Shown here one piece after another: positions 1 to 12,607 of a DNA stretch of 32,000 nucleotides. Made by a program: the position numbers and the translations under genes. Under the pieces are notes generated by a model, which was given only the letters and a program-made list of their open reading frames with translations, was not told where the DNA came from and searched no databases. Source of the DNA: Zygophlyctis sp. KS116 (taxonomy: Eukaryota > Fungi > Chytridiomycota); contig BAAFSQ010000005.1 in assembly GCA_054661495.1 (NCBI GenBank), positions 67,267 to 99,266 of the forward strand, in the 5' to 3' direction. How positions within the stretch are numbered: the stretch's first letter is position 1; every line of letters begins with the position of its first letter.

Positions 1-65
1 TGAGTAGTATTTGGAACAAGAACGGAACTTAACCGTCCGCCGTTTACAAAAATTGAGTTTTTTTA

Positions 66-2330
66 ATGAAGTTGGCGCTGGAAATGAAGACTAGCAATAA
101 TAAAGACAATCATCAGCCAACTCTATTCAACTTTTTCAAGCCAAAGGAAGGGAGCGGTGAAGAGAACCGACCAATTCCAATTGTCTCAACTCTAGACTCT
201 ATTAAACCAACCAAAATAACTGAAGATTTAGATCCTGGTCTTATTGTTAAATCTGTAGAATTGCCGACTCTTGCCCAGGTTCCTGCTGTTGATGACGCAC
301 TCTCTGTACAGGATAATATGAAGCTATGGACTGTACTTGGGTTCCTGGAAGATCATGCAAAAGGATATCTGGGCTCTGATATGATTATACCAGATTTGGG
401 TAAGATATATTGTCTAATTTTAGATAATTTTAAGGATATGGTATTGAATTGTAAAGAGAGATTTCGGGAACTACTTGTGATTTATGAGGCAATGTATCAT
501 GGAGTGAAAAGGCCTCATGGCAAAAAAGAGTATATGGAAGATTTAGTCATTCCTGAAATACTTTCAAAGCATTTTATGGCAGAAGGGGACGAGAAATGGG
601 GAGAAATGCTCTCTAAAACGGAATTTGTGGATTTACATCCGCATTCTCATATTGATATCTTGAGTGATTTATTGGATCAAATCACTGATTCAAATTCTTT
701 TAGAGAGCATGTATCTAGTCTAGAAGATATTTTATTTCAATTAAAAAGTGAAAGAGAAAGGAAAATAGCTTTAAAGAAGAGTTGTATACTCATGATTCAA
801 GATCTGGATTCTAAAATTCTAGATATTTCAGAAGAATTAAAAGCTCTTAATACTGTAGAAGGAGTTATAGATTTAGATGAAGAAGAGTTTATTGTTAGAT
901 CTAGATCAAAGCTTCGCAAAGATGCAGAAGAACAAGAGAAGAGAAGAGAGACCATTAACAGTCTTGTTAACAATAGAGAGCTTTTAGAGACTAAAAGAGA
1001 GCAAGCGGTTTTAAAAGTGGCTGATGTAGATGAATTTATAAAGAATGAAAGGCCAGAAAAAGAAGTAGCGGATTTGAGACTCAGAGGAAAGCCCACGCGC
1101 TTTTGCGGATATGATAGAAATGGTAAATTATACTGGAGACTACCAATATCAACTGAGCACAAGATTGAAGGCTTGATTATTGAATCTGTGATTTATTATA
1201 TCTATGAGAATAATGATTCAGATAGTGTACAAATTATTCAAGGCAAGCCTATGCCAAAAAAGAAGTTGATTCAAAAAAAGAAGGAAGTAGATGAATCTTC
1301 TGATATAAGCTATTACCATCCTTCAGATAATGATCTTCAATCAGTAGATGAATCTTCTGACATTGTTCTAGATCCAGACGTAAGTGCAGTTCGTTTGGAA
1401 GTTAAATCAATATTCGAGTACATAGATTCGCATTCTACACTAATGGATCTTCAAAACGCTTTAAATGTAAACGGAGTTAGGGAAAATAATTTAAAAAGAG
1501 TTTTAAAGCATTTCATTTCTGAAAATCAGGACTCTTTATTTGGAGATGACAAAGAAAAGTTTATGAATACTTTTCTTGATTGGATTTTATCGAGGGACTC
1601 TTCAAAAAAGAAGATGGAAAATTCGGCAAACTTTTACAAGGACGCAGTGTTGCAGTCAATTCATCAACTGTTGCCTTATATTTTAGTAGGTGTTAATATG
1701 CCGGTGCCTTCAAGCCTTCCAGTGGATTTAAGTCAATGCTTACTAGTTTGTGAAACTTTAAAGGACACGCAATTTTACAGAAATCGGCAACTCTACAAGG
1801 AACTTGCTTCAATTAGGACATATTCAGCAATGATACATTGGCTCCAACGTGCAGAATCGTATGTTGCTTACCTGATTCAAAAGGAAGAAATCAAAGAATT
1901 GAGGCAAGAGAAGAAGGAAGCACGAGAGTTATCTTCTGTCGCTTCTTCAAGTCGCCAAAATAGTACTCAAAAAGTCAGCGATTCTGTTACCTCTGAAACA
2001 TCTGGTACCTCAAAGCAAGCAAGGAAATCTTTTAAGAGTAAGTCAAGTCTCGGTAAATGCAAAAATTCAGAAAACTCTCGTTTCCGACGATCTGGCAGAA
2101 ATACGGATAGGAAAGACTACACTTTGAAACTGGAAATCACTTCTTCTGAATCTTCAGAGTCTTCTGGACCAGAGTCTTCTGGACCAGAGTCTGAACCTGA
2201 TCCGAATAGGCGCACCTCCCAGCGAGTTCGATTAAAGAAGATGAGGCATCTTGAGTCCTCTGAAAGTGAAGAATCCTCTGAAGATGAATTAGTAGTAAGA
2301 TGCAATTATTTTTATTAATCATAGTCTTAA
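66..2330 (+). CDS. DDT/WHIM-domain ISWI-associated chromatin protein (Itc1/ACF1/BAZ-like)
   Basis: DDT-like MKLWTVLGFLEDH; WHIM1-like EFVDLHPHSHIDILSDLLDQITDSNSFREHV; WHIM2-like RFCGYDRNGKLYW; WHIM3-like EYIDSHSTLMDLQNALNVNGVRENNL; acidic/Ser-rich tail. Probable in-frame intron 400-423 (24 nt). A probable last intron 2295-2324 (30 nt) moves the stop from 2318 to 2330. Confidence 0.7.
1286..1360 (+). repeat. 18-bp direct repeat agtagatgaatcttctga at 1286-1303 and 1343-1360 (VDESSD twice)
   Basis: Seen directly; copies are 57 bp apart and in frame. Confidence 0.85.
2155..2192 (+). repeat. 15-bp coding tandem repeat cagagtcttctggac x2.5 (ESSGP)
   Basis: Seen directly. Confidence 0.9.
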
Positions 2331-2408
2331 TATTTGGATGGTTTATTCAATAAATTAAAATATTATTTTCTAGTTTCTCCTATTTTCCGCATTATCAGTT
2401 TAAACAAT

Positions 2409-5400
2409 ATGAAACAAAAGTCCTCACCATTGAGTTGGCGATGGTTTCACATTCTTCCAGTAATTGTATCGTTTGCATGCATGGCAGGATGGGGTTGGTT
2501 GGCGAAACAGAGTGAAGTTTTGAACATGAAGGGATCACAACCAAGTTTAGTTGATAGTAACCTACTAATTATTTCTAATGCATTACAGAGCATCTCAAGA
2601 TTATTGAGCACAAACTACTTCGCCCGGCGCCAAAAATCTTTCTACTATGGACAACTTTGCCTGGTACATTCAAAGAAAGAAATTATGATGTTTTGGAAGC
2701 CTATTACTATCATCATCCTGATGCTGAAATCACAATATATGCAAGTCATCTTGAACTATTCATGTTTAAGCGATTTACCATGTCCGGATATCGTCTATCA
2801 GTTGTCAATATCACTGACGATTTTATCCACAATATATCGCATCACTGCCCGGGCAAGAAATGGATTGAAAAATTAGATTCATGGAAAAACGGACCTTACT
2901 ATTACTCTCATATTACGGACTATGTCAGGTTTTGCCTCTTGTACAAAAATGGAGGGATTTACTCGGATTTTGATGCAATACTTATAAATCCAATTAATGA
3001 ACATGATTCATTTATTGGTAAAGACTCCTCAGGCGCTCACGGGAATTGTAAATGGTGCTTTCCTGGAGGGGATACATATCTGGTATTTTGAACTTTGAAT
3101 AATCGCTAGGCCCCAGGACTTATGGCGACTTCTAAAGGTCACTCTCTCCCAAAGTACGCTATTGAAATAGGATTTTCAGAATCTTACGATCCATTAATAT
3201 TCAATCAAGTTGGACCAATGGCTGTAACAAAAGCCTTTCTCCAGAATTTTCCCGCTCAAAAAGGCATTCATGTTTATGAAAAGGACGCTTTCTACCCGTA
3301 TAACTATCTTAAAAGCTCATATTTAATTAAACATGTTACAGATCCTCTTGCAAAGTTGGAAAAATTACGAGATCATTCTCTTTCCCTTCATTTGTATGGC
3401 CATAAGACACGTAATTTACCTATTGATCAGTCCAGTATCATTGCCAAAGCTAGTCAGATTTTCAGAGTCACTTCTATCTCTCCATCCATGGTGAAGAGCA
3501 GGGTGGGATATCGTATTACAACTCCAGAATTTATTGGTGTATCTAATGGTGTGTATATGTTTGGCGATGTTCGAATACTTTCTGTTTATGATAATGATTG
3601 GAAATATGACGGCTCTCATTTAGAGGTGGAAGTAAAGGCAAAATATGGATCCTTATTTATAGCTGGTGCAAGCAGGAGCAAAGTATCAACCTTTAATTCT
3701 GATGGGCCTGCAAAACTCAACCGCCAGTTATCAAAATTAATATACCTCGCTGAATCTGGTATAGGGAGAGATCTTATTACAGTTAAACTGCAAGTATATT
3801 CTCTTGAAAGTATCAATGGTCCTCCGCAAATAATGATTTCAGAAATTCCAGTCTATAATGTTGGGGTGTTAAGCTCAGTAATTGTTAAAACTTTTGGCCG
3901 GATGGATAAAGTTTTTGAACTTGTTAAATCTTGTAAAAAAATGTATCCAGAACTTAATATCATTGTTTCTGATGATGCAGAAAACATAACAAAGTCCGAA
4001 GGATCTCGAAAATTGTTTTACTATTTACCATTACCTTCAGACATTGGACTCTCGGCTGGAAGAAACAGAATGATTGAAAAAGTACAGACTGAATATTTCT
4101 TAACACTTGATGATGATTTTATGTGTGATTCGAATTCAAAAATTGAAAGATTAATACATCCTTTAGAAATTCCAGATAATAATGGATTGCAATTTGATAT
4201 TGCTGCCGCTAAAAATCCAGTGGATGAAGATAAATTTTTATTAGATTTTTGTGGGATTCTTTCAATTCGGGATCGGACATTATATCTAGAGGAAGGAACT
4301 TACGGAAAACATCTTGAATGCCATCAAGTTGATTTTGTTCCCAATATTTTTGTTGGTAGAACCGCACTCTTTAAAGGTAAACTGAAATGGGATGAAAGTC
4401 TCAAGCTTGGAGAACATGAAGATTTCTTTTTAAGAGCAAAAGCAATGAATGTTCGAGTTTTAACATGCCCTTCAGTGAGCTTTCAGCATGATCAAGTCGA
4501 ACATTGGAAGGGTAAAACTAAGTATGACAAAATGCGAAACCGAGTGTATGATTTTTGGAAAGACAGTCTTCGAAAGCATGGTCTTGTTAGACTAGTCTCT
4601 TTTGGAACGACTATGATGGATCTAGTTGGTAAGCTTTTATTTATATTAATAAAAGTTCCTGCCCCTCTAACCTCTATTGTTTCAAACCCAGTGTTTTCTA
4701 GAACTCTGCGTCTGTCGTGGATATCTGATGCAAAATCATTCAACATTATGGTTTCTCGTGATAATGGACATTCTTTCAGATATGTGAATGGAGGACAGGG
4801 AGAGGGATATGAAGGTGGTAACTTTATAGACGTTTTCATGCTTCGCCCTGGCCTTGATTACATTTTCAAAATCTATGCAGGCAATCGATTTGAATATGAG
4901 ACCTTAGGATCAATCCTTAGAGTGAGCACCATTACTCTATCTGAAGAAAATAGTAATTTTAACCATATTGATCTATTAGACTTAAATATAATCCAAGACC
5001 CCTCATTTGAACTTGGGACGCATAATTTCAAGGAATCTATTGGAACTTTCTTCCATGTTATTGATAATCGCTCAACTATTGAAGGGGAATATGTGGGAAG
5101 AATTGTTATCCGGACACGTTCGTATCTTGCAGATGGTGTAACAAGGAATCGAATTTCCCAAGTTATTACCGACAGGAATAAACTAGATGACATTATTACT
5201 TCAAAAAAGAACTCTCATGAAAAATACTTATCATTATCAGTTTATTCACAACTTGAATCATGTTATTTTACCCAGAATGATTTTGAATGGGGAGTTTATT
5301 TATTGATTGAATTTCAAGATGGATCTATCATGAAATTGATGCATTCATTTGATACAAGTAGCAAAGAATGGCAGGGCTCATTGATGACTGCATGTCTATC

Positions 5401-5491
5401 TAAATGGACAAGACTCAAGTCTGTTAAAATTGTGGCACATATGGCTGCGAAAAGTTGCGTGAGTCTTTGGGATGGTTTTGTCTTGGTATAG
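2409..5491 (+). CDS. Type II membrane multidomain glycosyltransferase: TM anchor + GT32 (A4GALT-like) + GT12 (B4GALNT1/2-like) + FN3 + CBM-like domain
   Basis: Three ORFs are joined by introns 2557-2588 (32 nt) and 3083-3109 (27 nt); probable in-frame introns at 4629-4655 and 4953-4979. GT32 motifs: SHITDYVRFCLLYKNGGIYSDFD, GPMAVT. GT12-like motifs: LNRQL stem, VIVKTFGR, IIVSDD, GLSAGRN, YFLTLDDDF, EHEDFF. FN3: LRLSW...LRPGLDYIFKIYA. CBM4/9-like: NIIQDPSFE...WDGF. Confidence 0.8.
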
Positions 5492-7033
5492 TAAACAATG
5501 CAATAAATTATATCATTCCCTTGTAAGACGTTCCGATCTCAGAGCCTTGATCCCTGAAGATTTAATGTTTTTCCGTTCAGTGATTGGACAAGATCATGTT
5601 TTAAGTCAAGATCTAGAAGGATTCAACACTGACTGGACTGGAAAATACACTGGAAAATCATCCTGTGTTTTAAGGCCAAGAAACAAGTTTCAAATCTCTC
5701 AGATTCTCAAGTATTGCTCAGATCAGAGATTAGCAGTAGTGACGCAATCAGGAAACAGTGGGCTTGTGGGGGGATCTGTTCCCCTTTTTGATGAAATTAT
5801 TCTATCAATGACTAGAATGAATTCTATTTTAGGAGTAGATCAAGTAGCTGGGATTGTTGATGCTGAAGCTGGATGTATTTTGGAAAATATTGATTCTCAT
5901 CTTAAACAAGTTGGGTTTATGATGCCTATAGGTATGATGCATTTAATAAGTTTTTAGATTTAGGATCAAAGGGATCTTGCTTAATTGGAGGGAATATTGC
6001 CACTAATGCTGGAGGATTGAGATTAATAAGGTAAAATATGAATTCGCCTACGTGTTAGATATGGTGGATTGCACGGGACTGTCTTGTCATTAGAAGTGGT
6101 TTTGCCTTCAGGAGAGATTTTGGAGCTAGGTATGTTTTGGGATTTAGTTTATATTCAGGAAAACCTCTTCGGAAAGATAATACAGGCTACGATCTGAAAC
6201 ATTTGTTTATAGGTTCTGAAGGGACTTTGGGAGTAATTACAAGAGCTTCGATTTTGATTCCTAAAAAGCCAAAATCTGTTCAAGTTGCATTATTGGCCGT
6301 TTCTGATTTTGAAAATACTTTATCAGCTCTCAGGCTGGCAAAGAGTGAGTTGGGGGAAATTCTTTCTGCTTTTGAATTTTTTGATTCTACTTCTCTTAAT
6401 TTAGTAATGAAACATATTCCAAATGTTCGAAATATTTTGGAGGAAAAATCTCCTTTTTATGTTTTAATAGAAACTGCTGGATCAGATGCTGATCATGACT
6501 CTGAAAAACTATCAAGGTTTTTGGAAAAACTAATGGAAAATAATATAGTCTATGATGGATCTTTAGCACAAGATGAATCTCAGGCATCTCTTATGTGGTC
6601 TCTACGTGAAAGCATATCTCAGGCATGTAGTACTCAAGGAGGAAATCATAAGTATGATATTTCAGTCCCAATTAAAAATTTCTATCAGATAGTTGATGAT
6701 GTCAAAACCAATTTACAGAGCTTGGACTTGTATCATCCAGTAGAAGAAAAATTAATTACTCATATTGCAGCATTTGGTCATTTAGGAGACGGAAATGTTC
6801 ATTTAAACATTATGGCAAAAGAGAGAACACCAGAATTGGAAGCTCAATTGAATAATATCATTTTTAATGAAATTGTAGAAGTGAATGGATCAATTTCTGC
6901 AGAGCATGGGATTGGATTACAAAAGTCTGGGCGTCTACATTTAGCAAAGTCTCCTCAAGTGATTAAACTGATGAAGAGTGTGAAGGATATGATAGATCCG
7001 CATGCTATAATGAATCCATACAAGATGTTTTGA
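5472..7033 (+). CDS. D2HGDH: FAD-linked D-2-hydroxyglutarate/D-lactate dehydrogenase (D2HGDH/Dld2-like), probably mitochondrial
   Basis: Introns 5932-5957, 6031-6058 and 6130-6158 restore [33 protein letters not shown]. Also [51 protein letters not shown]. Confidence 0.93.
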
Positions 7034-7100
7034 TATTGAATCTATTATAATATATCTACTAAATACATAAATAACGCGCATATTCGCAAATTCGCGTGTC

Positions 7101-8733
7101 ATGTTTGAGTCTCCGCTATTAAGCAAACAATCAACTCTGGGAGTCTTTGAGCTAGATTTGTCATCATGGCGATTAGAACAGGAGCTAAAGCACAGCTCAG
7201 ATTTATCCAGCGTCAAACCAAATCCAATATGGGTCATCAACAATTCAAGAGATGGGAGATTTATTGCCTCGGGCGGACATGATGGATCAGTCAAGAGTAA
7301 TATTGTTTAGTTAACTCAAGTTTGGACTCTAACATCCGATCCTCTAAATCCAAAAACAAAAAACTTTATTCGGCAACGATCAGCAACCACAGAAGATTTA
7401 AAACTCCCAAGAGGGAAAAGTACTAAATATGAATATGGACAATGTATATTTGATCCTTTTCCTCTTCATCAGTATTATGGTCATTTGGGTGCGATCACTG
7501 ATCTCTCTTGGTCTTTTTCCCACTATTTTTTGCTTTCGGCTTCATTGGATCAGACAGTCCGTCTATGGAATATTAGTAATACTCAATGCTTGTGTGTAAT
7601 ACTTTTTGCAATAACTCCAGGTTTTTTATCACGCAGATATCGTGTCATCAGTCAAATTTCATCCGACAGAGCATCATTTATTTCTATCTGGCGCATTTGA
7701 TGGAAGGATCAGATTATGGAGTATTTTAGAGAAAAAAGTGATGCATTGGAATCAAGTGCCTAATAATTCTATAACTGCAGTAGAAATCACTCCAGATGGT
7801 AACACAGCCATGGCTGGGACTGTAAAAGGGGATATTTTGTTTTATGAATTACCGGCTCTTAAATATGACACTGAAATCACTATTACGCCTCCTTTCCGTG
7901 CTTTGAGACTGGGACATTCTAGGACTCAATACAAAATTAATGGAATTCAATCTTATTTCGATCAATCTTCTAGAGAAATTATGATGATGATTAATTCTAC
8001 AGACTCTAAAATTCGCATATATCAGATTCGGGATAAGTCGCTTTATAAATCATTCAAAGGGCATATATGCCAAACATCATTATTTAGACCAAATATATCG
8101 GAAAATGGAAGGATTTTACTTTCTCCCTCTGAAGATAAATCGATTTGTTTCTGGAAAGATTCAGAAGAAAATTTGGACTTTTCATTAAGCTCGTCACAAA
8201 TATCAAAGCAAGCAACTACGATGGATCGATTAACTGTTGATGAACAAGTTTTGTGCGCTCAATTCGCTTCATCAAAAATTTACTATTGGAAAAATAGCTT
8301 CAATAACACATTTACCACAGAAAAAGCAGTTCAGGGAGACATGAATGAACCTTTGGTATTAATAGTGTCAGATGTTGCTGGTAGAATATGCATTTATAAG
8401 AATGAAGCATCTTCTGCGGCCCTCACTGTTCGATCATTCAAAGATGTGGCTATTTCTCCTCAACTCATGATGCAAATAAGAAAGACTTCATCACCAAATA
8501 TGATGCAAAAGCCTCATGGTGAAAAGTCAAACAGCTCCCGTACACGTGAGGTGAGGATACCGGAAATTAACGTAGTACCTTCCGAATCACCGGCAATCAT
8601 CAGTGTAGAGCCTCGAAAGCAAACTCCATCGTCACTTTTGAACTTTCACTCTCAAAAGAACCGATTCTATTCACCTAGCTCTTCTCAACAGGAAATCATA
8701 GCTGATCATAAAGAAAATCTCGACGCACAATAA
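7101..8733 (+). CDS. WD40-repeat protein, WDR44/Dgr2-like
   Basis: Introns 7297-7320 (24 nt) and 7596-7620 (25 nt) restore ASGGHDGSVKIW, GHLGAITDLSWS..LLSASLDQTVRLW and CLCVFYHADIVSSVKFHP..FLSGAFDGRIRLW. Confidence 0.8.
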
Positions 8734-8744
8734 TTTTTCTTAAA

Positions 8745-10998
8745 ATGCCATCTAATATATCTAGATATATCAAATCTTTGATTATTATTATCGGGATTTT
8801 AACTCTATTCAATTTAACTCTTTTACAATCGATGTACCATATATCACGCGAAATTATTCCACCTATGGCCAAAATAATTCCTGAATATTTCACGGTCCAA
8901 AATATAACATTTACCGATAACTACACATGGTTGAAGAACTATTCCAATTTAGAAGTTAGGGAATATCTGCGGGCTGAAAAAGAATATAGCGGGCTAGTGC
9001 TTTCACAATACAAAAATCTACAGATCCAAATTAAAAAAGAATTAGATCAAATTCAGGATCTGGATAAGATTGACATATGGGAATATGGATCATGGCTTTA
9101 TTATACTATTCAGCCGCCCAATATGTACCCCCGTTATTATAGACAACTTCGGACTAGCTGTGGTTTTGCCCGGCATTCAACAGATGAGCTAGTAATTGAC
9201 TATAATTCTTTGATAGCTCCAAATGAAGCATATTTTATGGCTGGAATTTTTGAAATCTCTTCTGATGGAAATTTATTGGCATTAGGTTATGATCTAAAAG
9301 GCAATGAGGAGTTTCTGATAAGAATTTGGGATTTGGAAAAGAAAAAAGAAATACAAATCCCCCAAATATATACATACTATTCAGTTCGATGGTTTAAAAT
9401 TGATAATCGAGTTTGGTTATATTATAACGTTGTTGATAGTGGAATCCCTAGGATCATTCGAAGAATTTGTGTTGAAAACTGCTTGAATGCCCAGAAAATA
9501 GAACCGGTATATGTAGAGTCTGATTTATCGATGACGACTGAATTAAAGCTATCGGCAGATCTAAATTATCTGTTTATTAAGGTAATTTTTAATTTTTGAA
9601 ATTTAGTGTAGTGGCCAGATATCATCGGAATATTTGCTAGTACTAAAAAATAGCGCTCTGGTTCTTTTGATTCGAGATTCCAATGTAAATTATGATGTAG
9701 AACATCATAATGATTCCTTTATTTTAAGAGTCAATAGTGCTCCGTACATCAATTACCACATCATTCAGATTCCCGTTAAAACGTTACTAAAAACTTTGGG
9801 CACTATTTCGATTCGGGATGTAGACTATTTAAATCCCATCACTCTATATGAAAATCCCTCAGAATTCATTGAATTGCACGAAGTGTTTGAGAAATGCCTT
9901 GTTTTATGGATTAGAAAGGAGGGCCTCCGTGAAATTATAGTTATAGATATAACAGTCAAATCTTCACCTCACAGAATTTCTTTTAGGATTGCTAATGATA
10001 TATCCAGTGAATCGTATGCGGTTTTTCCTGGAACGATTGATGATATGGAATCTCGGCTTTATAGATCTTTCAACTCTAACTGCCTAATTTTTACTAATTC
10101 TTCTTATTCTAAACAGCCTGCAACGTATTGGTATAGTTTTGAATCTAGAAAAATATTTGCGCAAAACGAGCAAAAGGTCCTCGATAAGTATTTGGAAAAA
10201 AGGCTATGGATAAATTCATCATCATCAAATCTTAAAATTCCAGTATCTATTATTCTATTGAAAAATTTATCCGGACAGTCCCTTCCGACTGTTGTGAATG
10301 CTTATGGTAGCTACGGCACCTTTAAAGATCCAATATTTAATTCGGATTTATTTCCGCTGCTCAATAGGGGTATGGTATTTGCTTTATGCCATCCACGGTA
10401 ATTGTTTTAAGCTGATTGCAGAGGTGATGGTGATCTTGGAGCTGAATGGTATTTAGACGGTAAATATGAAAGGAAGATCAATACCTTCAGAGATACGCAA
10501 GATTGTATTGATGGGCTTATCGAACTTAAGATAGCGTCTATGGGGAAAGTATCACTGTTTGCGCGTAGTGCAGGTGGACTTATTGCCGGTAATGCTATAA
10601 ATCACCCTAAAAACGTATCGGCTGTGGTAGCACAGGTACCTTTTATTGATCCTATTGGTGATTTAATCGACGAAAAAGTTCCATGGACCGTTTACGAATA
10701 TTTTGAATGGGGCAATCCAACAAAAAGTAAATCGGTTCTTTCTGCGATGATTGATTATTCTCCATACCATAATATTAAACCCAGAGAATATCCGGCTATT
10801 ATGATCACTGCAGGAATTCAAGATTCGAGAGTCCCATTTTGGGAGCCAGCCAAGTTCGTGGCAAAACTCAGGGCTTCAAACTCTTCAACAAAAAATTTAA
10901 TTTTAAAGGTGAATGACGAAGGACACTTTTCAAGTTCAAAGAATGAGCTAATTGAAATTTACTCTTTTTTATTGTTCCACACTGGTCATGATCATTAA
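8745..10998 (+). CDS. Prolyl oligopeptidase family S9A peptidase (oligopeptidase B/protease II-like) with N-terminal hydrophobic anchor
   Basis: Introns 9582-9606 and 10398-10421. Motifs DNYTWL, AYGSYG, HPRGDGDLGAEWY, EWGNP. Catalytic triad: ARSAGG (Ser), QDSRV (Asp), EGHF (His). Confidence 0.88.
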
Positions 10999-12539
10999 CT
11001 ATGCCCCAGACGATTTAGCTTTGTCTAAAAGCCCCTGATAATATTTTTGTGCATTTCTGATCGGTTGAATGATGGCTTCTTCCATATTTGGTAAAACCTT
11101 TGATAGTGTTTCATACAATGGGATCATGACAAACCCTATAAAACCAACTTTAAGTCATAACTAATGTAATTTACCCTGGGCACTAGGTTTAGTCACCTTT
11201 TGTCTATCCATAAAAGGAGCAGTAGGAAGTCCTTCGGACTTTTCCTTATCCGATTGAGTAAAAAATTCCTCTAAAAGATTATCCACCCACGAATCTGCCA
11301 CTGAATTCGGTCTTACTTCATTGCTAATATCTGAGCATTTTATAATCATCTGTAAGAGTATGGTCTTGTGATTTAGATCTTCATAACTAAAAGTATCAAT
11401 GTATGATTTGAATTTAGCGATTATTTCCCCATGTTTAGCCATATCAGTTGATAAAATACATGTGATAATGAGTTTTCTAGCTTCCTTGAAATCTGAGACA
11501 CTAAGTCCCGAGAGTATATTAGTTTCTTGTTTTTTCAGAATCATAAATAGCATTGCCGCATGATGATTTTCTAAAGGAGAAGAATCATTATATATGATAG
11601 CCAAGTCTGTCACTGCATTAACTTGATACGCATTATTTGTACCCGGATGATCTAAATCATGCTATCTTTTATAAAAACTTTACTTACTCCAATGCATGAT
11701 ATAGTTAAAACCAAAAGATCTAAAGGTGTTAATTTGAATCTCGCCCCAGTCACATTGATAATTGAATACATCTAAGAGTATTAATTTTTTTAGACTATAC
11801 CATTTGAGTTACACAAAAACAATGCCTAAAATTATGAAACGGATTTGGATTATAAGAGCGTTTTACAGCTGCTAAAAATCTGATCAATGTTGGTCTATCA
11901 ATTTGAAAAGTATCTAAAAGCCCAAGGTCCTTAAACATTTCCAAAATTATATAAATCAGTTCATTATCCTTGTACTTCCAGACATCAAAAGTTGGTTTTT
12001 GAATTTCTTCCAAAATCTCTGGTTTGACATAATATGAAGGAATATGTTCTTCCTTTTCAATCTTTGGAGTATGTTCCAGTACAACTTTTTTATCTTTTCC
12101 AAGATATGCATTATTAAATGCGTCCAATTGCTTCCTTTAAATTTTAAATAAATTACTTCTATTTTTGCCTTTACAGACATTAAATTCTTTTTAATCTCAT
12201 GAATTTCCTCTATGGCGTTTTTCCCCAATTTTAACGACTCTACAGACGATGAGAGATTCATTGACTCTCCTTGCTTTACTGTTCATTAATAAAATGCATT
12301 GATAAAATACCCTTTTTTAGTCTTAGAGAGTATGGTTCTTCGGACGGCGGTATGTGCGGCCCAATCGGAATAAAGATTCCATCCGATTTGTATAACTTTA
12401 TGACATAATACTCTCGATCGACTTCAGCGACATCAAGCAAAGCCCAAAATGCACTCATTACTTCTGAAGTAGAAGAATTTGGAGAGATCTCAAGCCTTTT
12501 GAGGTCCTTGCCATCAATCAGGAGACTCACAATTGTCAT
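10999..12539 (-). CDS. Class I 3',5'-cyclic nucleotide phosphodiesterase, PDE9-like
   Basis: Introns 12279-12310, 12131-12156, 11772-11800, 11662-11687, 11148-11174. Motifs NPFHNFRHCFCVTQM, HDLDHPG, SPLENHH, TDMAKH, IKCSDISNEVRP, PFMDR..VTKPSAQVGFI. Ends ...KSSGA*. Confidence 0.9.
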
Positions 12540-12599
12540 AATTCTTTTTGTTTACGGAAAATTAATTTAGCCTTGAATAGATAAAGAATTCGGACACTG

Positions 12600-12607
12600 T
12601 GACGTCA
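12600..12607. promoter_or_regulatory. Perfect CRE/ATF palindrome TGACGTCA in the divergent PDE/TONSL-like promoter
   Basis: Motif seen mid-way in a 138-bp head-to-head intergenic gap; function is inferred. Confidence 0.4.

Noticed and set aside
2334-2408. Upstream ATG 2334 as the glycosyltransferase start
   Set aside because: The stretch is AT-rich and UTR-like (aataaa). ATG 2409 gives a typical short tail before the TM anchor. Not fully excluded.
797-5193. Antisense ORFs 797-1162, 2117-2305, 2137-2322, 3416-3619, 3616-3816, 4492-4839, 4873-5193
   Set aside because: They are shadows of well-supported + strand genes and show no motifs.
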